DNA of 63,936 bases, counting the filler, from Kipferlia bialata (lineage: Eukaryota), in the NCBI GenBank assembly GCA_003568945.1. It is 5 parts of 5 records of this genome, joined end to end, with 100 filler letters (N's around TTAATTAATTAA, not from the genome) between each part and the next. Parts side by side here need not be neighbours in the genome. Positions count along the whole stretch, not along the records: positions 48,264 to 54,916 come from BDIP01000234.1; positions 55,017 to 63,936 come from BDIP01000248.1; 3 more parts are not named here. One strand, written 5' to 3'. Under the pieces are notes generated by a model that did not search any database, had not been told where the DNA came from, and was given only the letters and a program-made list of their open reading frames with translations. The position numbers and the translations under genes are program-made. Below are positions 49,650 to 63,188 of the stretch, piece after piece. The stretch's first letter is position 1, and each line of letters begins with the position of its first letter.

Positions 49650-50777
49650 ATGCAGGTGTGTCGACTTCCTCTCGAAAGGGAACCAGTAAGGAGTATTTGC
49701 GCTGGAATTGAGTTATTTACTGCAGAATAGCGACTTTTGGCCTATTTTGGGGAAGGGTACCAGGTTCAGGGACCTACTCGACCGCAGTAAGTGTCCTTTC
49801 ACCACTACCGATGAGGCCGAGCCACTGACAAGGGTGAGTTAAGTATGTCATAGGCATGTCGTTCTACCATATTGACCCTGTTGCCCATACTCTCTTAACC
49901 ACTCCTGTTTACGTCAGTGGAGGCCGTACGATGAGTCCGGACAGCTTGCTGACGCCCTCTCCCTCATGATATCGTTCTACCATGGGAACGATGCTGCCAG
50001 CAAGGTAGGCCCATTGATTGACTCTGATTCAGATGGTACATACAGGAGATGCACACCTGTTACGACTTCCTATCTGACTACGTTCCTACTGACTACACTA
50101 CACTATGGCATTCGCTCTAATGCTCACTGATCTACCAGCCAGGTGGGGATTGGCACCTGGGGGATGTTCCTGGGTCTCCACGTTGGCCTCAATGCCATCG
50201 AGGCTGGACTCAGTGGGGGCTGGAGGGTGAAGAGGCTGAAGGGAGAGGTCACCGTGATGGGGGTTCCACTTGCCCTGCAGTACCAGAGGGTTAGTCTACA
50301 TAGTGTCTAGTACAGTCCATACTCCCCTCAATTCCCTCTCATCATGTCTCCTCTAGTGCTATATTATTTGTGTGTGTCTCTTGCTCTCTCTCTCCGTATC
50401 TCTAAGTCTCTGATTGTCCAGGTACGGAGGCTAGATGCGGAGCTGGGGCTGGACTCTAGAGAGCTGGCCCAACTGTGCTTCCACTTTGGATACGGTCACC
50501 CCTACCGTGGATGTGGCAAGGTGGGTGGCGTCTTCGACATACTCTGTTGGTTCATTGTATGTGCCATCCTCACTGTCAGATTCGCGTGAGGAGTGTCCAA
50601 GAGCAGTGGTCTCTGCTTGACAAGATACGGATACACACACTGTCCCCCATATACCCCTTCCAGGATACCTTCAACAAGATGTGGGCCATGTTTGAGGGAG
50701 TGGACAGACACAGTCTGACCCCTATCACAGACGACGACGTGGAGTTCTTTCTCTCACTTCCAGAATACAACTACTAG
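49650..50777 (+). CDS. Six-exon hypothetical protein
   Basis: All exons join in phase 0: MQVCRLPLEREP|NSDFWP…|WRPYDE…|VGIGTWG…|VRRLDAE…|DTFNKMW…YNY*. Confidence 0.7.
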
Positions 50778-52147
50778 GCCTAGAAGGGCATAAGAGAATA
50801 TAGCCAATGATGTATGTGTTCAAAGATCAACTAGTGTGCTGGTCTAGTACCATATATCCAAAGTATCCCTTGCTCTCCAAGAGAGCTTCTTCTTACCGTG
50901 ATGAATCATGCTATATTCTGATAGTATTGGTCTCAAACAGCTAGATATCCAATTGCCAACTCGTATCTTAGCAACCTTCCGGGGCACGCGAAAAGTATTC
51001 TCTTCATAAATACGATACTACCAATATAGTGACTCTGGAACTCAGCAACCCCGAGCTCTATTACATCACAATGAAATGGAACAGCAACAAAGTAATGTCT
51101 CGCACGCGTAGGTTAAACTACCTCGAGTGCCCTTGAGAGAATGTAGCATGTATTCAGTCCAATGATTTGGTGTGGTAGTACTCTATGATAGCGTAGATAT
51201 ACAGACTAAGGCCCTTAGTCTAAGGGTCATGTATGTTCACAGTGTATCTCGCAAGGTATCGGTCGCCGTAGCAGCTATCTCCTACACCACCCACTCAGCA
51301 CCCCTGGCGACCCGCCCATGGTGGGCGGCCCACCCCATACATGAGCAGCATACCAAGCGTCGTCGACCTCGAGGTGTAGGCTGTAGCGTACCGAGTGAGA
51401 GTTTCTCGTCTTCTGCATGAACTTGGAGTCCAAGTCTTGGACTGAAAATTTCAGTGAAGTGTCACAGACAGGTCAGAAGGAAAGGTGAATGTGACGTGTT
51501 GCTCCCACTCTTCTTGTTCTTGACAACTGATTGAGGCCCCTGTGTCACAATATCACAAATATGCTTTCTGTTGATGTATGTAAGAGGCACCTGGGTGGAA
51601 GATGTCTTCAGACCCTTTCCTTGCTCAAATATGTACTTGACGCTGAGGAGAGCGATGTCATCTAGCTTAGATGCTGTCTCAACTAGGACTCCAACCAACT
51701 GTTCAATTAACCTGAGGGTTGTTGGCTTATAGTGGCCTCTCTTGCGATTCAGATGAGCCTGGGAAAATGGGAGATTACCGTAGTGTAAAAGTTGCCGAGG
51801 TTGGATTGGACTTCGATTGTGAATAGGGGAATAGGGGAGATCAGTGAAGAGGGGTATTCCACTTCAACATTAGTGGACACAGGGTGGGAGTGGGGGCAGA
51901 GTGACTTGCCAGTTCTGAGTCCCTTGATGGTATCGCGGCAAAAGTTGAAGAGGGCGTTCTACTCAGCGGTTCAACTCAGTCATGAGTTTCTAACTGACTA
52001 TACGAACCTGATAGCAACACAATGCTACAAATACAACCAAAACATGGAAATCTATATTTAACCTGAAGGAACAAGGAGAGAAGAAGTACACCAATGAACG
52101 CAAGAGGAGGCTTCCAGTTGTCTTATGACATATGTCTGTGTCACCTA

Positions 52148-54839
52148 TCAGGCCCTTGCAGTCTTCTTGTGCTTCTTGTACCTGTAATGAGCATTGGATC
52201 CAACTATCAGAACAAAGAGAGCCCACTAGAGCCAAGGGCCGTCACCTCTGTAGAAGCTCTGGGTTGGTCCTGGGGTTGGCCCTGCACCCCCGGCCCTCGG
52301 TATAGTGGGTCAGGGCATCCTCGCCGTCCTGGGGTTGGTTAAGGGTGTCAGACCGTCGAGAGAGATGCTGATTGAACAGTTGAACAAAGAACACTGGGAG
52401 GGACAGAGCACGATCCGCACTCACCTTGAGCAGTTCGTTGCACAGGGGGCACATGACCTGAATATCTGTGAGGACCACGGTACAGTTGCTGGGGTGAGAG
52501 GTAAAGAGGAGCAACGTCCACAATGTGTGTATGACCCCACCTGACGTGGTCCTGCACCAGGATGTCGGGTATCATCTGGCGGCACTTGGGGCAGAGGTCA
52601 AAGTGCACAGGGGTGTTGGGGTCCTGGTTGGCGGCGCACTCAGCCACCATGTGCTCTGGGAGACAGGGGGTCTCCACCACTCTGGGGTCAGGTGTCTTAA
52701 CACTCCCACACATTGAGAGCAGAAAGAGCAGAAAGAGAGTAGAAACACAGTGGCTGAGGTACCTTTCACAGGCCGGACAGCAGCACAGACAGGGACAGTC
52801 CACAAGCAGGTGTCTACGGAGGTCGGACTCGTCCTTCGACTGGGGTCAGGGGAAGACTACTCGGTACACAACAGCATCACATCAAGCTGTCACAAGACTG
52901 GGTATGAATGGCATGACGAACTGACTCACCTGGTACAGGCAGAAGTGACACATGCCGACAGGGAATCCCCCCTCCTCCTCCCCGTCGTTCATGACGTCAG
53001 GCTCAGGCCTGGCCTCAGGATGGGCGGGCTGGGGCTTAGCGACCTAAGGGTGAGACCTATGGAACAGAGAGGACAATGGAACCACACCCATCTTCACCAA
53101 CACAATGACACCTAGACCAGCAGACAACCTGTGATAGACAGCCAGTGATAGACAGAGAGTGATAGACAGCCAGTGATAGAAACGCACCATCTGCCTGGGG
53201 GGCTGGGTCATGCTGGGGACAGCGGGCTGTGGGGTGGGGGGTAGCACACCAAGGGGACCGCCTCCTTGTGCCTAGGGGTGAATGCAGTTAAGAAAGGGAA
53301 AGAGAGACAGAGAATGACAAGCAACAACTCTGAGAGGTTTCAAGACATGATACAACTGGAAGAATGCGAACACTTGTACAATAATTACTATGCAAGAAGA
53401 AAATTACATAGCCGTACCGCCTTAAGGGCAGCTCTCCTCTGCCTAGCTAGCTCCTTGAGCTCTCTCTTCTTCTGCTGACAGGTCAGATGACATTGACATT
53501 GAGACAGTGGAATAGTCAGACTGGCCCATACCTCAGCCCTCAGCCTGTGCTCCTCTGCGATCTGCAGCTTGTCCTCCTCTGACAGGGCAAAGGCCGCCAT
53601 GCCTGGCATGAGGGGAAGGGGGTAGGTGGAAAGAGGGGGTAGGTGGTCGGGGTGATGAGAGAAGGGGGTGGGTGTTTGTGCATACCTGTGGGCTTGATGG
53701 GCCTGCTGTCCCCCATCTGCATCTCTTCCTGGCAGTCAGGGTGGGGCAGAGACTAAGTTGTATCATAATAGTACGGCACATGTGTCACAAGAACCCACCT
53801 GAGTGATGGGCTGGCCAAAGGGGTTCAGCCCACCATCGCTCACAATAGGAGGAGGGGGCACGACCTTGGGTGGGGCTGGGGTGACCATAGAGGGACCGGG
53901 GCCTGGGGTTAGTGAAGGCATGGGGGCAATGGGAAACATACGTGTATAGACGTATTGATCAACAGGAGAGACCATACCTCCCACGCTGCCTGGGTCCTGT
54001 GGGAGGGGGGCATACCCCGCCCCACCCTGACCAGGGGACATGGGGAGAGAGGCAACCTGGGGGTCAACAGCGCTGAACACAGGTACACTTGGGAGAAACA
54101 TGAACAACGGTTATCATGTACAATACCTCGTTTGCCTGGGGAGCGGGCATGGCAGGAGCTACGGGCTGGGATCAGAGGAGTAACGGAGAGGGGGCACACA
54201 GTATGGAGAGACAATGACCCCATACCTGCACCACTGGCTTTGGCTTGGGGGGCATGACAGTGGCCATCTCAGGGGCTGGGGGTTAGAAGGATAGCGAGAC
54301 CTGCATAGACGGGTAGAGATGGCGGGACTGACTGACCGAGTGTGTGGAGCAGGGTCTCGTCGTCCATGTCGAGGATGGTCTGGATCTCCTTGATCTCCAA
54401 GTTCATGTCATGGGCAGCACGGTACATCTCAGCCTGACATCAGTACTCAACACAACCACGAGTGACTCGGAGTCGTCTACAAAATACAGGTGTCTATCCC
54501 ATGACCAGACAACCCACAGAGATGTGCATACCTGAGCTGCCTTCCTCTTTCTGATCTCCAGCTCCTCCAAGGTGTCTGTCAGGGCCTAGGTGAGACTATG
54601 CTGCGCAAAGACAGATACTGATACACAAAAACCGTCTTCAAAGAACAACACTTCCTCCCACACAGTATATATCGTCACTGTCACACATACAGTATATGAA
54701 GAATAAGGATATTCATATACACCATACCCTCAGGTTTGTGACTGCGGCCTTGTAGATATCAGCCTTGAGATACTCTTCATTCTCGGCTGCCTCCGTCTTC
54801 TTAATATTCAGGGTCACAATCATCTCCTCAGCACGGCCT
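52148..54839 (-). CDS. CEP104-like ciliary protein (coiled coils plus C-terminal zinc-finger array), 5' partial
   Basis: RHLLVDCPCLCCCPACE|VVETPCLPEHMVAEC…CPKC…DHV…CPLC…GEDALTHYTEGRGCRANPR follows the CEP104 zinc-finger spacing; upstream LNIKKTEAAENEEYLKADIYK and LEIRKRKAAQAEMYRAAH resemble its coiled coils. Confidence 0.72.
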
Positions 54840-54960
54840 CTGGGGTGAGGATGATGATGCAGCAGACAACTGATGAAGTGGGGGGGGGGGGGGGGGCCTC
54901 TTCTATATAAAACACANNNNNNNNNNNNNNNNNNNNNNNNNNNNNNNNNNNNNNNNNNNN

Positions 54961-54972
54961 TTAATTAATTAA
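54961..54972. other. Artificial scaffold linker
   Basis: TTAATTAATTAA within N runs. Confidence 0.95.
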
Positions 54973-55474
54973 NNNNNNNNNNNNNNNNNNNNNNNNNNNN
55001 NNNNNNNNNNNNNNNNTTCTCTGAGGATACATGGCTCATCTCACCGCTCCAATTGCCCTTTCCAGACATTTTTCGTGCTCTTCCACAGCATAGAGAGCTG
55101 TTGTGCGCTAATTCGTATGGCCCTACACCCCTATGGGAGGAGCAGTGATCAAAAAAGTTCAATGTATATGTTCCAGTGGAACAGTTCCACGTAGTGCCTC
55201 AACACCGCAAACCTCATATGTGGACCAACCTGCCTGTATCACAGAGGCAACAGATGCAATGACAGATACTACAGTATTGAAACACAAATACTGATATATT
55301 CCTCTTAGCGAGTAATCAGGTCATGCACGAGCATACCAGAACCTAAACGAAATGACAGGAGAGTAATGAATAATGTTATGGCAGCCAGCAAGTAGCCACC
55401 ATCAACACCTGCCCCTCTCAGAGGCAACACAACATAATAGCAACATAGAGGTGGGTAACCACACCTCAAAAGCG

Positions 55475-55863
55475 CTACTTGCCAAAGACAACTGGAGCAG
55501 GCATGGCACACCTTGGGTGAGCTGGAGAATGACACAAACAGGAACACAAAAGCTTCAACAAGGACTGAGGCCTCACCTAACGTCCTTGAATAGGTCATCG
55601 TTTGATGCGTTGATCATGAGGTCCCCGACAATGGCAACATCGTCGCCCTTCACAACCATAGTCTCACACTCAACATACTGGTGTGAGAGGTCCAATCATT
55701 GCATTACATCAACATACAACAGTGGTGGTGGTGGGGGGGGATACCAACTGAGGCGTGTCCATATGAGAACAATACCTGTGGTCCCTCATGCTTGGACAGA
55801 ATAACCTCCTGACACTCGGACAGTACCAGGTTTGTGTTTTGGTCGAAAGTGGAGAGCTTTCCC
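55475..55863 (-). CDS. LSM8: Sm-like protein LSm8, 5' partial
   Basis: GKLSTFDQNTNLVLSECQEVILSKHEGPQ|YVECETMVVKGDDVAIVGDL…R|CAMPAPVVFGK* (Sm1/Sm2 motifs with Lsm8-type tail). Confidence 0.72.
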
Positions 55864-55959
55864 TTGGGTAAGTGACATACCAAGCAATACACAAAGAAAC
55901 GGATACCTAGAAAGGAAGACTGCTATATATTACTGACATATGAATGATGTTTAGTGTAT

Positions 55960-56004
<45 letters not shown>

Positions 56005-56063
56005 AGAAGGACCGACAATGGTAAATAGTAACCATGAACGGTACCGGTACCGATTATCATCAC

Positions 56064-56311
56064 CTGTGTGTGGGAGGGGTGCGGTGGGTGAGCCCAGGGG
56101 CTTGAGGAACAGAGGCACCGCTGTCTTGATGTGGGAGGCAAGAAACTCCTCCTTGGGGTTCCTCTTCATGTGTGGCATGTACCTGGGTGAGTGACAGTTA
56201 TCGGTACCGGTACCGAAACAATACCATACACACTCACCAGCTTCCATCCACGACTACAACCTCGTCTAGGTGAGAGTTCAGCCACTCGGGGGTAACAGTG
56301 ATGGGGGCCAT
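56064..56311 (-). CDS. Rhodanese-type sulfurtransferase (TST/MPST family), first two exons
   Basis: MAPITVTPEWLNSHLDEVVVVDGSW|YMPHMKRNPKEEFLASHIKTAV. Confidence 0.82.
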
Positions 56312-56504
56312 TGGATAGATGTCATGTGTAAACAGTGCTCGACCAGGTCCCAAAAAGCAGAGGTGTACAGCGAATTGATTCAATGTCAACCACCAAATCT
56401 GAAATCTCAAGAACACATGAACATGATCACACGAAAGAAAACATCTCAATACGACGTGACACTGTCACGGTGACAGGTAACTCAATTTCATTTATGAGCG
56501 CCCC

Positions 56505-59500
56505 TTATTGGGGCTTTGGGTGGAGGCTACCAGGTGTGCCCAGCCCCCCTAGGGAGAGAGAGAGGGAGGGTGTGGACCCGAGGGATATGCCCATTGGGGG
56601 GCAGGAGGGTGGGATGGGGGGAGGGGGTGCGTGGGGGGACGGGCCTCCCAGGGACAGAGACAGGGACCCGGGGTGGGTGGGTGTGGGTGTGGGTATGGGT
56701 ACCATGGGTGCAGTGTGGGCTGGGGTCCCTGACACATTGAGGGATAGGACCATCGGCTGGGGGGGCCTCGGGGCAGAGGGGATGCTGAGGCTGTGCGGCA
56801 CTGAAGGGGAGGGGCCCCTGAGGCTGCTGGACAGCGCCGACTGGCCGTTGCCCCTGAGGGCCGTCCCTAGGGACAGAGGCCCAGGGGATATGCCGATGGG
56901 GGGCAGGCCCAGCATCTCTCTCTGTCTGGCTGCCTCTCTCTCCTGGGCCCGTCTGGCCTCCTGTCTAGCCTTGTCCTCCAGCGCCTTGGCCTTCGCCTTG
57001 GCATCCCTCTCCTCTCTCTCCTTGGCCACCTTGGCACACGAGATGCGGATCGACTTGCCGTGGCTCTTGAGCACCTTGAGCAGCTCCTTCTTGGACACGG
57101 TCAGGTGCATCACCATCTGGTCGCTGTCCTTGATGAGCCTCAGCGACATCATACGCTCCGCCTCCTTGATCTCAGTGCGCACAGCCTTGGGCGGGGGCTG
57201 CAGGGAGAGGGGGTCCATGCCGGTGCCGGTGCCCAGGACAAGGGCACGCTGCTCCTCAACCGCATCTCTCTCTGCCTCTGCCTGCTTCTTCAGGGCTGCC
57301 TCACTTAGCACAGGGGGCGGCACAGGGACAGCGTCCGCTATGCCTGGCTGAGTGACAGCCAACTGAGTCAGGGAGGGGGTCTCCTCCAGCAGGGTCTGGG
57401 GGGGCTTGACCTGCACAGACGTGGTGATGGGAGGGGGGGCCAGGATGAAGGGCACGCTGACGTCCCCATACACAGCAGCCAGTGCGGCAGTGAGGGCGGG
57501 AAGGTGCCCTCCTTGCAGCAGAGAGAGGAAGATGCGGTGGGGGTTGGTGTGGGGGGTGTCGGGGTTGAGGCAGGACCTGTATGTGGAGCACGTGCACCCA
57601 CTGCCGCAGAAGCACACTGGGCAGGGGGCGGGGACGGGGAGGCCTGCCTTGTCCACAACACCCAGGGCAGGCACACACCTCAGCATGCAGGCCAGCTCCA
57701 CCTGCGTCATGCCCCCAAGGGACTGGTCTGCCTCGGCCACAGCCTGCCCTGCCCTGCAGCACTGTACAAGGCCCACCCTCGACAGCACAGCTGGGTCCAC
57801 CAGCATCACACACACACACTCGTGAGCAGCATGCCTCTGCTCGACAGAGGGTGCAGAAGCCACGGCATCTAGGGCGGCCAACAGCACGAGGCACCTGAGG
57901 GACACAGCGGGGTCGGCAGCAGGGGAGTCGAGGACTGTGTTGGGTGTCTTGGCCTGTCTCTTGCCCTGCCTGTCCTGTGCCTGTGCACATGCATCGTATG
58001 CATCCATGGTCTGCAGCACTACGTCCCAGGCCTCACCCAGGGCCTCCACATAGGAGGGTGCCACCTCTCTCCTCATGGCAGAGGCAAGGGCCCGGGCCTC
58101 GCTGTTGTGCAGGCCGGCCACCCTCACTGCGTCACTGCCCGTGGCCTGTGCGGCACCTTGCAACACAGCCACAGCCGTCAGGAGCTTGAGGGCTGCGGAG
58201 GACACGACGCACCCGAGCTGCAGCCCCTGGGCCAGACCGACCATGCACTTGGACGCCACATCTACACCCCCGTCCCTCTCGCCCCCGGCCACAGACACCC
58301 CGCCAAGGATGAGGTTGGCATAGCTCTGGCACACCGCACACCGTACGGGGTCTGCGGAGGAGGGGAGAGCGAGGGAGGCCAAGGCACAGTGCTCAATGGC
58401 ATCCAGCACTCTGGTGTAGAAGGCACGGAAGTGGGGGGGCTGGGGGTGAGGGAGGGGTTCCACACCAAGAGTGTATCCAAGTATATACACACACCCCCAC
58501 CTTAGTCTTGAGTCTACCCAGGGCCAGTGCCACCACGTGCACCGGGATGGGTGACCCCTGGCTGCCACTCAGCCACCCAGGCACCGTGTTGGTCAGGAGG
58601 TTGGCAGCGTCGATGGGGGTCACGTTCAGCTCCCTGGATAGAGACGCAGCCTCTATCAGGGCGCACAGTACCTGGGTCAGGCAGGGGGATATGTACATAC
58701 ACAAATAGAAGGAGAGTAATGGCAATGAGATGATGGCACTACTCAAGGACACAACCCACCTGGCTGTCGAATGCGGATGGCTTTGGGGCAGGGGGTCTGA
58801 CGAAGGCCAGCAGGGTCTTGAGATGCTCCAGCCTGGTTGATATCAGGACATGCAGCAGGGCACACTGCCTGACCACAGAGTAGCACGCCACGCTGCCGGA
58901 CACAATCTTGGGCAGGGTCTGCAGCACTGCGTCCTTGAGGGAACCACTCCTCAGACGGCCCTGGCCTAATATGAGAGGGAGGGGGGGGGATATGTATGTG
59001 GTGTGTTGTGTGTATGACAGCCCCTACCTGCGAGGTTATCCAGTGCCCTCATCTGCGCTGTGCTAGAGGCCTCCATGATCAGCTGGGGTTAGTGAGGAGG
59101 GGTAGCCAATGTGGCAATACATGGTACCTGAGTGTCATCCCACACTTCCGTATGCTGTATATGTATCCACTCAAGTGTACCTGTATGCCGTATGCGGATG
59201 CGCCCTGGTCCACCCTCCACCTGACCAGGGGACACGACAGATCAGGGTCCACAGATACAAACCGGTACTTGCCCAGGTCAGCAGTGAGGGGCTGGGGGAT
59301 GGGCACGTCCAGGAAGGCCCTGGCTGGGTTGTTGGAGGCGTCGAACAGGGTGCCCTTCTTGCGGGACTGGGCCGTCCTACTCCGGACCTTGCACGAGTTG
59401 CGTGTCCCTACGCCCTTGAGGTTGAGGGACACCCTGTACTCAACGCCATCGAGTAGAACTACCTACAGGGTCAGTAGGAGGAGTGAGAAGCAGGGGGCAC

Positions 59501-62500
59501 GAATATGCATATTTGTATATACATACACACAATACCCACCTTGGCCGGCACGTGTATGGGCAGGCCCTTGGGGTCTCCGATCTGGACACTCGACACATTG
59601 ACCCTATTGCCCCCCTCGTCCGTATCATCCTCCAGCCTCACACTCACACTACAGGCAGTCAGCATGGCAGAGGTGCCCACCGCATCGTACACTGCAGCAG
59701 CGGGGTCGGCCCTGGAGTAAGGTGAATCCAAGTACAGATACCTATACATCCACATGCACCCCCACCTGTGTTCCTTGAGTGCCTGTCCGACCTGGTGTGC
59801 AGATAGAGGCTTGGCAGTGGGTGCGTGCTTGGAGTATATGTCTGCCACCGTGGCCAGGATGTCTGCGGCACAGGGCAGGGCAAGCAGGGTGGCAGCCAGG
59901 CTGGCCTCCTGGCATTAGTCAGTTGTCATGTCGTCCTACACTCTAGAAACATAGCCCAATACCTTTGCAAAGGAGTGCGACCGCATGTCCCGGGGTGTGT
60001 GTGCAAAGGGTATGTCGGCACACCCCATCAGGGCATCGCCTGTCACCCTGGGGGTGAGGGGGATAGGGGACCAATGGCATATAAAATATATACCATATCA
60101 AGTACATAGTAGAAACACACCTTGTAGACGCTCTCTTCGACACCCCCCACAGGGGTAGACGCGTGGCATCACCAAGTAGAGAGGCTCTGAGACCAAAACG
60201 GTATCTGAGGTGAGAGGGTGACCTTCCCATACAACATACACACCCATGACTGAACTGGACCGCACCTCTCCACGGATGCCTCGTTGGAACCAAACACATG
60301 CCCACAGTACTGGTGGAACAGGATGGCAGCCAGGGTGTGCACAGCTGGGGGTCAGAAAGGAGGGGAGGGAGAGAGAGAGAGGGAGAGAGAGAGTATGGCC
60401 AGGGTGCACACCTGGGTGAGAAGGGGGAGGGGGGGGGGGAGTATTGCTTATGATGATATGATTGGTCACTTCTTCAGTCCCCCACCTGATGTCTCTGAGA
60501 CTGAGACTGGGGGCACCACCACCCCAAACAGATGGCGGCACATGCACAGCACAACGTCACGGCGGAAGGCAGCCCTGGGATGAGAGAGTCGTATGTAGAG
60601 AACACACTGCATGGGAATGTATATCCACCTGCACGCGTGGTCTGGGACCTCTGCTGCCCTAGCGTCCAGGTGGACAGCAGGCAGCATGGCGGTGGGTATG
60701 AGGATGACAGAGTGGTACACCCTGGGGGTGGGTATGGGCACGAACAGAAGGGTCATGGCCAGGGGGGGGGCACCGATACGGGAGCACAGCCACTTGAAGG
60801 ACTGTGGGATACGCTCACAAACAGCCTGGGGTGAGTATGGGCCACACATACATGTATATGTAAACAGTACCCAGCACCTCCACAGCCTGTGAGTCTTGAC
60901 ATACATGGTCAACGCTAAATATACAGGACACAGACATACATATGAGTGTATATATATACAATACAACTCCCACCTCCACCGCCTGTGCGTCGTGCTTGGT
61001 GTCGGAGAGGGGTGCGTATGTGAGCCTGGCGTCTGAAGTGCCCTCCTGTGCCGGGTAGGGGTCGAAGGGACCACACACCACCCCTATGTGTCTGGCCAGG
61101 CAAGGGCCGCACTGGGGGTCAGAGACGATACACACCACAAACACATATTCCACTACATATACTCTCTTGGGCTGAGATAGGTGTATACTGAGCGATCTGT
61201 ATAGACAGATAAAAGATTATACCTGGTAGAGGAATGGCCTTGGGAGGGATGGCTGGCGGGCGTCCACCTCCCCACATGTCAGGAGGGTGCCTGATGCCAC
61301 CACCACTGCAGGGTGGGGGGAGACCATGGACACCTCCAGCCTGCACTCCACAGGGGTGTTGGCCCAAGGGAGGGGCAGAGGGAACAGACACGCGGGGAGG
61401 TCGGGGGGGAGGAAGTAGGCCCGGGACTCATGGGAACGGGCACCTACATACCTAAAGGTCAGAGGGGGGGTATACTACACACCGCATGCTCATCACTCCA
61501 TCACATCCATCAATCACAGATTACTAACTGTAGGGTATAATGGACATACATCCACCCCCACCTGTGGAAGAGAGGCAGTGCCCGGGACCCCGAGTCGTGG
61601 AGGGTGAAGGCAACCTCGACCTGGCGGGGGAGGGCACCTGGGGTCAGGCCACCAACGCTGTCGCACCATATATGCAAGTGGAACATACGTGTGTATACAC
61701 ACAGAACATATACATAGAATATATACATATAGACCCACCTGGGTCCAGAGGCACCAGCACATCTCCAGCTGCCTGTCTTCTCCCGTGGTGGGTCCAGAGT
61801 TTGTCCTGGTATTAGGGGAGAGACACCCACATACACACATGAGAGTACATATGTAATACACACAGCCCCTGTACCTGCATGGCTGTCTCCGAGTACCCCC
61901 CAGTCCCTATCCCCTTGGCCACGGGCTGCACTGACACATCAGACCCCTCGCCTGAGGCCTCACCAACGGTCAGACGGGCAGGCTTGGAGGGGGGCTGGCC
62001 ATCCAGCAGTACACCTGGGGGGTTAGATGATATAACTGTGGAGAGATAGTGGGAGAGATACTGGGAAAGACAAGAAGAGGCCTACTGACTACGAGATAGA
62101 GTATCAGTCCACTCCCGAGTAATATGTAATGATGCGTGTGTGGCTGATAACGGTGATAGAGAGAGAGGTAGATATAAATGTGTTAACCAGTAAAAGTACC
62201 TGTGACTGCGACCAAGGGAGAGAGGAGGCAGAGGGAGGAGGGGGCTGAGACGGGGCAGGGTGTCATGCCCTGCACATCGAATGACACGGACCCGTGCATA
62301 GTACACAAGGACAGGTCCACATTGAGCATCACAGTCAGCAGGGGGTGGCGGGGGGCAGAGGACTGGAGGGGGAGGGGGAGGGGGGCAGGGTCCTGGGGTA
62401 TGGGCACCGTCTCTGAGGGCAGCGTGGGGGGTGCATCGACCCCTCCCTTGCCAGTCCCAGTGACATTGACATTGGCAGCAGGAGTGGCAGACCCAGTCAT

Positions 62501-62938
62501 ATCGACATCCCCACCCGGCACACCACCCTGGGCACCACTATTACTATCACTCACAGGCATAGGCATAGGCACAGTGGGTGTGGCCACACCACCACTGCCC
62601 ATGGGTACATCACCTGCACCTGCCCCTGTCTCAGACACGCGTTGTGATGGTTGGGACACAACACTAGGGGGAGGGGGGTTCACAGGCTGACCACCACCAC
62701 TCTCACCTGTACCCCCAGTCCCACTACTACCCACAAACCCAAACACCGGCTGTTGGGAGGCCTGGGTGACACTGCTGACACCATCGGGTACAGACCCAGT
62801 CTCGACAGCTGGATCAGAGACATGTGTAGGCACCACAGGGGCAGTGCTAGACACACCACCAGGTGCCATAGATGTGTTAGACACCACAGGGGTCACAGAC
62901 CCGTATGGGGGTATGGGCACCTTGGATGGTCCCTGCAT
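56505..62938 (-). CDS. TAF2 (TFIID subunit 2)-like, degenerate M1 aminopeptidase fold with low-complexity termini
   Basis: HIGVVCGPF; RHLFGVVV…FHQYCGHVFGSNE; KVRSRTAQSRKK…YRFVSVDPDL; helical C-terminal region; no HExxH seen. Recognised from motif order only. Confidence 0.55.
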
Positions 62939-63188
62939 CCCCTACAACTGTGTGTCTGGAGTCCCTCTCTCTCTCCCTCTCTCTCTCCACAAAGACTCAA
63001 GTCCAAAGGCCACAAAGACTCTTCCAGTATCAGCGGGACTTCCTCTCTGTTCTGCTGTGGTACTGTCTAGGGTAACCTCCAACGCAGCGCTACGAAGAGA
63101 GAGTGAAACAGGATGTCCGACTCGACACACAAATACAATGATCTCCGACAGACTCTCTCTCCGCTCTTCTCTTCAAGACATATCAGCT

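Noticed and set aside
50780..52100. Transposon or additional gene
   Set aside because: No transposase or RT motifs or terminal repeats recognised; only one unlinked exon-like stretch
56335..57351. 338-aa plus-strand ORF and similar antisense ORFs
   Set aside because: Shadow frames of GC-rich minus-strand exons
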